The notes under the pieces were generated by a model that was given only the letters and a program-made list of their open reading frames with translations, was not told the DNA's origin and made no database searches. The position numbers and the translations under genes were made by a program. A stretch of DNA of 60,000 bases, taken from contig NC_045696.1 in assembly GCF_009834535.1 (NCBI RefSeq), positions 92,072,001-92,132,000 of the forward strand. Direction: 5' to 3'. The DNA is from Camelus ferus (taxonomy: Eukaryota). The stretch's first letter is position 1; each line of letters opens with the position of its first letter. Shown here piece after piece: positions 52,465 through 60,000 of the stretch.

Positions 52465-52587
52465 AAAAATTTTATTTGAAAAAGCCACATGTCGAAGTAG
52501 GAACGCAGGGGGTACAGCCACCCTGTGGCATACCTGCTAGCCGTGCCTGGTGAGGTACCAGCATGACACCTACTAAGTAGAATGTTC
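52465..52587 (-). other. Candidate internal exon (123 nt)
   Basis: cgattcattccag| acceptor and |gtaagt donor; non-repeat; length divisible by 3 with one open frame. Confidence 0.35.
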
Positions 52588-53772
52588 CTGGAATGAATCG
52601 GTGTATACGTGGAAAACATAACCCCCAAACTGTTCTTCCTAAGCAAATTCCACCTTTCTTTGTAAATAGTTTATATCGTGTTCCATTCTCATTCCTTTGC
52701 ATTGTCTGAGAATCAAGGCATTTGTGTTTTCATCCCACCGTAAGATTTATTATATAGCACATCAGCCACTTCCCCTTTCCCCTTCCCTCCCTCAGAGGTC
52801 TGTCAGCTCTTTAAGGCAATTCTTTCTCAGCAGCACTGTCCTCCACACTCTGCCCATATTGAGGCTGTTCAGTTGGCAGCCAATCATTGCAGCTCAACAG
52901 ATATTTTTGGGTGCCAAAATACAAGGAGCTGCCCTAGGCACTGTGGAGTGCAAGCTAAATGGAATAAGAATCTTCACAAGTAAAGCAGTTCCGTCCCCTT
53001 CCTCTAGCTTTCAGGATGGATCTGAGCTGTCAGCCACTATTCCCAAATACAATGGCTTTGTGGCTGAAGCTCAGGGTCAAAACCAATCAGGGGCTGGTGC
53101 TATTTATTTTCTTCTTTATCATAACCTTTATTGCAAACTTTCACTTAGTCCAAACTTTGGTGTAAAAAACCCTGAATTCCGAATGAGACATTCCAAAGGC
53201 TCCCCAGCCATTCCAACTTAATGTTTTAAATATTTTTCTTTCTTAGATCAAATACTCCCTCCACTCTCTTTTCCCATCCAGCAGCATTGTCAGGCAGTAA
53301 CACGACTTAAATCCATATAAACCATTACCTTCACTAGACAATCGGCTTTCTGTGGAACTAAGTGAAGGAGACTGAGATATCCCCAAGATCATAACCAACC
53401 CATTGTTGTTTTGGCTTTCCCAGCAACTTATAGAGTTGGATGATAACTGTTATTTTTATTCTTCACTATTATCAAATACTGACACTGATTTTAGCCTTTA
53501 GACCAATTTTTTTTCCTCCAAGTTGCAAACAAAGGAGAGCAGACATTACTCTGCATTCATTAAACAGAGCCTTGCATTTTCCTCCACGAATTTCATACTT
53601 AGTGCTGTGTGAAAGTCCCTTATAAATAGTAAATGCACAGAGCCCGTGCCTTCCATTCGAGAGTGCAGAGGTTTGTGGGGAGCAAGGCGGCCTGATCAGA
53701 ACTGGGGACCCCCCACCCCCATCACAGCAGCGCCATCTGCAGCTTGTGGCTGGACCGCCTCCAAGTACTCAC

Positions 53773-53966
53773 TGCCTCCTTTAGAACTTTTATGGGCCTG
53801 CTTTTTGAAAGCATACTCATTCCATATGCAAAGGCTTGGATACATATGCACACCCACAGCCTGTATGCATGCAAAATGTGCAGATGGGCGAAGGAAAATG
53901 AAGCCAGAGGTTTGGCGCTAAGACAAATGATTAACCCTGGGAATTCCTAAAAGCCACATAGGAGTC
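53773..53966 (-). other. Candidate internal exon (194 nt, non-coding as delimited)
   Basis: ctgtttttccacag| acceptor and |gtgagt donor; stops in all frames from this acceptor. Confidence 0.3.
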
Positions 53967-54565
53967 CTGTGGAAAAACAGCGTCTCTTAGAACTGGTAAT
54001 TGGAACTTAGTTTAGATTTCAGAAACTGTAGTTTCATAAACAGTGTAAAAAAACAGATTTTAGAATTTGACTTTTTTTCTTTTCTTTTCTTCTTTTTTTT
54101 TTTTTGCATTGCTCTTTGAAAACAAACATCTAGAAGGTTGAAAAATTTCAGCCAGCAGCACCATCACCAAATTTGATCTTTTCTCCACAGCTCCTAGCAC
54201 ACATGAATCACGTCATCCTTAGCTGATATGGTGCAAGAGAACCGAATAGGCTTCCTTAAATTAACTAACAGCTGCATTGTTCTTTTTAGGAAGGGAAAGT
54301 GGGTAGAATTGTGACATAAGCACTATACAATAATTTATAATACATTTTCTAATATCTAATATGCCCATTGTATCTATAAATACATAACAGATCTTGCAAC
54401 AGGTATACCAAGCCTTTTTATTAAAATTATTTATTTCAGTTTATAAAATTTATTTATTTATTTTAGTTTATAAAATTAAAATGCTTAGATTTTCAGACCA
54501 TAATTAGATCTAAGGGCTTCCAGAATTATAGTCAGCATTTCTTTTTTTTCTCTTCCCTTCCTTTC

Positions 54566-55180
54566 TTTTTTTTTTATTGAACTGTTGTTGATTTACAATG
54601 TTAGTTTCAGGTGTACAGTAAAGCAATTCCGTTATACATATACATACATATATATTTTTCAGATTCTTCTCCATTATAATTATGAGAAATTGAATATAGT
54701 TCTCTGTGCTATACAGTAGGTTCTTGTTGTTTATCTATTTTATATATAGTAATGTGTATCTGTTTATCCCAAACTCCTAATTTATCTCTCTTCCGCCCTT
54801 TCCCTTTTGGTAACCATAGTTTGTTTTCTATGTCTGTGAGTCTATTTTTGGTTTGTAAATAAAATTTATATCATTTTTTTAAATTCCATATATAAGTGAT
54901 ATCATACAATACTTGTCTTTATCAACTTATTTCACTTAATATGATAATCTCTAGGTCCATCCATGTTGCTGCAAATGGCATTATTTCATTCTTTTTTATG
55001 CCTGAGTAGTATTCCATTGTTTAAATATACCACAACTTCTTTATCCAATCATCTGTTGATGGACATTTAGGTTGTTTCCATGTCTTGGCTATTGTAAATA
55101 GTGCTGCTATGAACATTGGGGTACTTGTATCTTTTTGAATTAGTTTTCATCTTGTCTAGAATATATGCCTAGGAATGTAT
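54566..55180 (-). mobile_element. Young L1 3' end
   Basis: poly(T), antisense 3'UTR, 'gatggacatttaggttgtttccatgtcttggctattg'. Confidence 0.92.
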
Positions 55181-55204
55181 ATGTAGACTCTAAATAGTAT
55201 TACA

Positions 55205-55506
55205 AAAAAAATGTATATGCAAAGCAGAAACAGACTCACATAGAAAACAAACTCATAGTTACCAAAGGGCAAAGGGCAAGGGGAAGGGATAAATGAGGAG
55301 AATGGGATTAACAGATACAAACTACTGTACATGAAATAGATAAGCAATAAGGATTTACTGTGTAGCACAAGGAACTATATTCAGTATCTTGTGATAACCT
55401 CTAATGAAAAATAATCTGAAACAAATATATATATAACTGAATCACTTTGCTGTACACCTGAAACACATTATTGTAAATCAATTAGACTTCAATGAAAGAA
55501 AAAAAA
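55205..55506 (+). mobile_element. Young L1 3' end, inverted relative to its neighbour
   Basis: 'gaaacagactcacatagaaaacaaac...tcactttgctgtacacctgaaac' plus A-tail. Confidence 0.92.
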
Positions 55507-55727
55507 GGAAGGGCTGGTCAACAGGTTAATACTAATGAATCGGAGCACAAGATTTAGCGATGAGAAGTTCTTCAGTGACCTTGATGCCCCGTAGGGTGAA
55601 GCGGGTGTGGAGGGCACAGGAGCCAGATAAATGTAGGCATGAATGAGGGGTCAGGGAAAGGAGGCAGAAGTGGGGTTGGACAGTGAGTGAGGACAGATGG
55701 GGGTAGCTGGAGGGATAGGTAGGTTGG

Positions 55728-55910
55728 GTCAGTGTTTCTGACTCCTGGCTGCACGTTAGAATCACCTGGGGAGCTTTAAAAACAAATTCTGACACCTGGG
55801 CCCCACCCCTCCCAATTCTGACTTAACTGTTATGAGGTGCAGCCTGGATACCAAAAATTTTTTGAGGCTCCCCAGGTAATTATAATGAGTAGCCAGCACT
55901 AAGAAAACTT
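55728..55910. mobile_element. MER5B-like element within L2 debris
   Basis: 'ggctgcacgttagaatcacctggggagctttaaaaac...ctccccaggtaatt'. Confidence 0.8.
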
Positions 55911-56930
55911 GGAAAAATTATTTCCTTTAAAGATGGGAGTAAGTTCAGCGTGTGTTAATGAGGAAGAATGGAGCCTGAGAGAAGGAGCAGCTGAAGATAC
56001 CTGGAGGTAGAAGTGATGGCAACTGATGTGGGGGTTCCTGGGAGGGAGGTGGAGATGGAGTCAGCAAGGTAGGGGGTGTGACTTAGAAATAGACAGACGC
56101 GCTTCTTTTACTAGGGCAGGAGAAAGGGAGAGACAGAGAAACGTGGGTGGAGTCAGGGTTGAGGTTTTTGCTGGCAGGATGGCAAGGAGGCGACCTTCTA
56201 ACGAAGCCTGTGCTCTCCGTGAATCAGTAAAAGGGGAAAGCGGAGGGTGGTGGGGGGGGGGAGGGGGACGAGATTAGCCTTTGGAGGAGAATGGAGAGGA
56301 CTCAGCAATGCTGAGTGCCTGGTTTAGGTTAGAGACCCTGAACTTGAAGCGTCAGCAGTATGTGAAGCTGATGGTTTTCAGCAGAACATTAAGAAATGTG
56401 AAAACAGTACTTCCACAAGCATGAGGTTTACATTCTTCATACCACGTTGTTAGGAGGATTCAAAGTTAAACAGCTTTGACCATAGGAAGGACTGGGTGTA
56501 GGGCAGGAGGATGGTTGCAAGTTAACCAGTGAACTCCCTTGTCAATAATAGTTACATTCTCTGAACCCAAAACAAATGAACAAACAAAACCTTATGTTGA
56601 TATAAAAACAGTAATAAAGGGATCAACAGCATTCTACATATATTAAATGAGTAAAAAGTAAATCCTCTATATTTTTACCACTGTTCGCTTCTTAAATCAT
56701 TAGTGTCTTCCTACCAAACATTTGCAGTGAGTCGTTTACAAATCTGTTCCACAAATCTCCCCAATTCCTGTATTCAGTCTAATCCAATATTCACTGCCCT
56801 TCCAGGTTTATGAGTGATGCCATATTTGTGGAGAAGCAATCTGAACATTTTGAAGTTGTGGGGGGAAAAAGTAAGTCTTAGTGAATTCATGAATACTTGA
56901 ATTTTCTGTCAGACCACTCCAGGTTGGTGA

Positions 56931-57042
56931 GTAGGGTAAACAAGTGTCCAGTTTTGCAAGGAACTGAGGGGTTTCCCTGGGATGCAAGACTGTCAGTGCA
57001 AAACCTGGAGAGTCCCAGGCAAACCTAGAGAGTTGGTCATTG
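56931..57042. mobile_element. MER94/MER81-like hAT-Blackjack MITE
   Basis: 'tagggtaaacaagtgtccagttttgc...gtcccaggcaaacc...gttggtca'. Confidence 0.7.
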
Positions 57043-58044
57043 GAAAACTCTCTCCCTGACAACCATCCCTCACTTGTTTGTGGGTGACAAGTGCTTGCTC
57101 TCCTGAAAAACTAGTAGAGAAAAGGTCTGTGTGTCAGTTTCATGCAGGAAGCAACGTGGTGAGAGAAGATACTAAGAATTTTGTGAAGACCACAGACTCT
57201 TCAATTCCCTTCCTTCTGCTCCGTCTGGCTTCTCACTGCGGTGCAGTGGAGGGCCCATGCATGGTCAACTTCTAAAGCCCCCTGACTGCTTTTCTTTGCT
57301 ACCACTGTCCGTTTCATGAGGTTGTTCTGGCCTATCTTGGCTCAGAGACACCTTTTTCTGTCTTGTGGCTAGTGTCCTAAGAACGCTTCCTCCCTTCCCA
57401 AACCACAGTTTTTTTCTCCTTTCATCCTCAGATAAGATAAACTAAGCCAAATACATACCTTAATTATCAGACTGAAGCACTTCTTGATTAAAGAATTTTA
57501 AACATCTCAATACAAAAAGGCTGCTTTGCTCTTTAGAAAGGGAGGATACTGCCTGACCTCTTCTACCCTTGGACAATAGAAGCCAGGTCTTTATCAGGAA
57601 GAAACGGCTTTCTTCTTCATTCCAGGATGTGCTTTGCTTAGAGCCAATTTGAAAACGATCAACAGATGAAAAGTCACATTTTTAAGGGAGAACAGAAAAG
57701 CAGTTTGTATAACAGACTGAAGAAATTAGGTTTTTTTCTATTAAATCCTCAGTCCGTGTTTGTTGATTTGATGAATAAATGAAGACAAAGCAGATTTCTT
57801 TAATAATAGGTTTCTATTAAAATAAAATATATAAAATTAAAATTAAAAAAAGGTTTCTCCTTGCCTTCACTATACTTTAGTAAGGTATGTATATTGCAAC
57901 ACAAGGTGTCGAGCTCTGGATCCAGGTTATGGAGGACACAGGACGAGTAAGACCCTTGTGTTCATAATAAGCTGTGATCAGTCAGGAGAATGTGGTAAGG
58001 TGAGGAAAGAAAATTATGCAGCAGAGAAGACCAGAAGAACTTAC

Positions 58045-58164
58045 ATCCGAATACGTTTTCTACAACCATATGGTGAGTCAATCCAATCGTAAGACAGGAA
58101 GGTAGCAAACATTTGGGTGGAAGATCAGAAAGGAAAAAAGTGGAGTGAATAGATTCCACAGATC
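58045..58164 (-). other. Candidate second exon (120 nt)
   Basis: tcactgttttatacag| acceptor and |gtaagt donor, ~500 nt downstream of the promoter-proximal donor. Confidence 0.4.
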
Positions 58165-58294
58165 CTGTATAAAACAGTGAGAGCCTCTACAGAGGACATG
58201 GTGGTTCATATTATGGCTGCTTTTTTAAAGTTTTTTTTCCAGGTTTCTTGTATCTGTACAGAGTCACATTTAAAAGAGACATGAATCTGTCTCT

Positions 58295-58482
58295 AGATAA
58301 ACAACAAGTTTATATTGTATAGCAGAGGGAACTATATTCAATATCTTGTAGTAACTTATGGTGAAAGAGAATATGAAAAAGAATGTATGCTCCTATATGA
58401 CAGAAGCATTGTGCTGTACACCAGAAATTGATACAACATCGTAAACTGACTATACATCAATTTAAATACACACACACACACA
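58295..58482 (+). mobile_element. Young L1 3' end with 23-bp TSD
   Basis: TSD aaaagagacatga(a/g)tctgtctct at 58272-58294 and 58483-58505; tail converted to (CA)n. Confidence 0.93.
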
Positions 58483-58639
58483 AAAAGAGACATGAGTCTG
58501 TCTCTGGCAGCCTTAAAGATTAATGCATTATCTTTGCTGTGGGTGTTTTTCATACACCAGACCAAATACACGGCACCTTACAGACAGAATCCCAGAAATC
58601 CTCCTTGGCCATAGCTCTTTCTCCCAAAGATTTGTACTC

Positions 58640-59100
58640 GTGGCAGCCCCTATAAATGACTGCTACTCACTGCGGTCCGTGCAGCTGTCACCTCCACCTG
58701 CCCTTCCCCGCCATGTTACTCTCCCAGCTGCGAGCGGCCACCAGGACTCCCGCCCTAACTTCCCGCTCTGCCCGGCTGCTCTAGGATGCTGGAGGACTAT
58801 CCTCATCGCCTGCTCCCCGGGCCTCCGCACTTCCCCCGGAACAGAGTTCAAAGAAGCCTCTAGGAAATACGGTTCCCTTCCTGTCCTGTTTTGCGGGGAA
58901 AAAACTCTTGTGTGGCACGTTTCTGGCAAGTAAGATTCTCCGCTTTGTTCTACCTGCTTTCTTGGGTGGAGAGAATTGTCTCCGGGACAGCCTAGGTGGC
59001 AGGGAGCAGGGGTGGCAAAGGTCCAAGCGGAGGTGAAGTGGAGGTAAGGGGTAAAGCCGGGCTTCTTTTCCTGGGGGTCGGCCAACTGGGGACAGTTGTG
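58640..59100. promoter_or_regulatory. CpG-rich promoter-like segment
   Basis: Highest CpG density in the window; GC box ctcccgccct (~58747); ETS-like acttcccg; TATAAAT at 58651; splice donors on both strands. Confidence 0.55.
58671..58740 (-). other. Candidate first exon (5' end approximate)
   Basis: GCA|gtgagt donor at 58670, downstream of GC box/ETS motifs; contains uORF MAGKGRWR*. Confidence 0.35.
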
Positions 59101-59339
59101 CACATTAACACCAATGAAACCCCAAATGCATCTATGTTAAGGTTTGCTCTTGTGGAGTGGGAACCTAAACAAATCTTGTCTTTTTGTCCATGAGACCAGA
59201 TTTACAGCCAGTTAGTTCTTTTTGGCTTCCCACCAGCCCTGTTCTGATTGTTGTGGGCCATGTGGAACGGCCTCAATTCCCCTGACCTTCAGCCTGGATA
59301 GAGCTGACTCTAGGTCAGTCTGTGTGACTGTACTCATAA

Positions 59340-59900
59340 AGGTGTTCACATACTTCAGCCAAGTATCTCCACTTCTAGGGCTCTATGCCAAAGAAATCAA
59401 CAGTGAGGAAGACAAATATTTATACCAAATATAGGTTTACCTATTATAGTGAAAAAATGGGTATGACCTAAATGTCCACAAATCAAGAAATGGTAACATT
59501 TTTTGATAACTTATATGATGAAATATTGTATATCTCTCAGAATTCTGATATCAAAGAATATTTAACAACATAAAAAGTTTCTAATTTTAACTAAAATTAT
59601 GAATGAAAATTCTACTTGAAGCATGAGATCCATTTTGTGTGTATGTATATATATATATATGTTTGTATATACACGTGTGTATACACACAACACACACAAC
59701 ACAATTAGGTTGCCCCTGGGTACTAAAAATACATATATTTATTTATCTTCCTGCATTTTATCATGAACATGTTTATTTTATAATCATTGGTGAATACATA
59801 CTTTTGTAAAGTAAATGAAAAAAGAAAGTAGTTCTTAGCAGAGTGATGAAAAAGGAAGCTGGAACAATCTAAATGGTTAACAATATTACATAAAGGGAGG
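59340..59900. mobile_element. Ancient L1ME fragments with TG/TA/CA microsatellite
   Basis: 'ccacttctagggctctatgccaaagaaatc...cctaaatgtccac'. Confidence 0.65.
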
Positions 59901-60000
59901 TGCATATGTGTGTGTCCCACTGCCACTCAGGGCCACACCTCCTGGCTCCTGGATGTGGAGGAAGTCATTCCCTGCCTGCTCCTCTCTGTCTTCTCATGAG

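Noticed and set aside
52697..53221. Longest ORF (174 aa), and other 100-170 aa ORFs such as 7998-8504, 36603-37058 and 45011-45499
   Set aside because: Mostly non-ATG starts, no recognisable domain, and several overlap L2 debris; consistent with chance frames
56240..56270. G-rich run with G-quadruplex potential
   Set aside because: Low-complexity expansion inside L2 debris with no supporting context

Overview
Mammalian genomic DNA, most likely camelid (alpaca/llama/camel), judged from short tRNA-derived Vic-1-type SINEs and the style of the young L1 3' ends. No protein-coding gene that I can name is present. The long ORFs in the track are either L1 ORF2 debris or chance frames. Much of the window is interspersed repeat: old L1M, L2, MIR and CR1/L3; MaLR and ERVL LTRs; hAT DNA elements (MER5, MER33, MER94, MER96, MER102); and young L1/SINE insertions, several with clear target-site duplications (TSDs). 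Non-repeat highlights are: (1) a CpG-rich promoter-like segment at ~58.65-59.1 kb with splice donors on both strands; (2) a chain of minus-strand candidate exons (58.7, 58.1, 53.9, 52.5 and 36.6 kb) that could be an unannotated lncRNA or a 79-aa microprotein gene; (3) a ~1 kb processed mRNA retrocopy inserted in an L2; (4) a young L1 with a chimeric 3' tail; (5) an AG|GTAAG recursive-splice-like site. Repeat family names are from recalled consensus motifs rather than a database search, and repeat boundaries are approximate unless a TSD fixes them.
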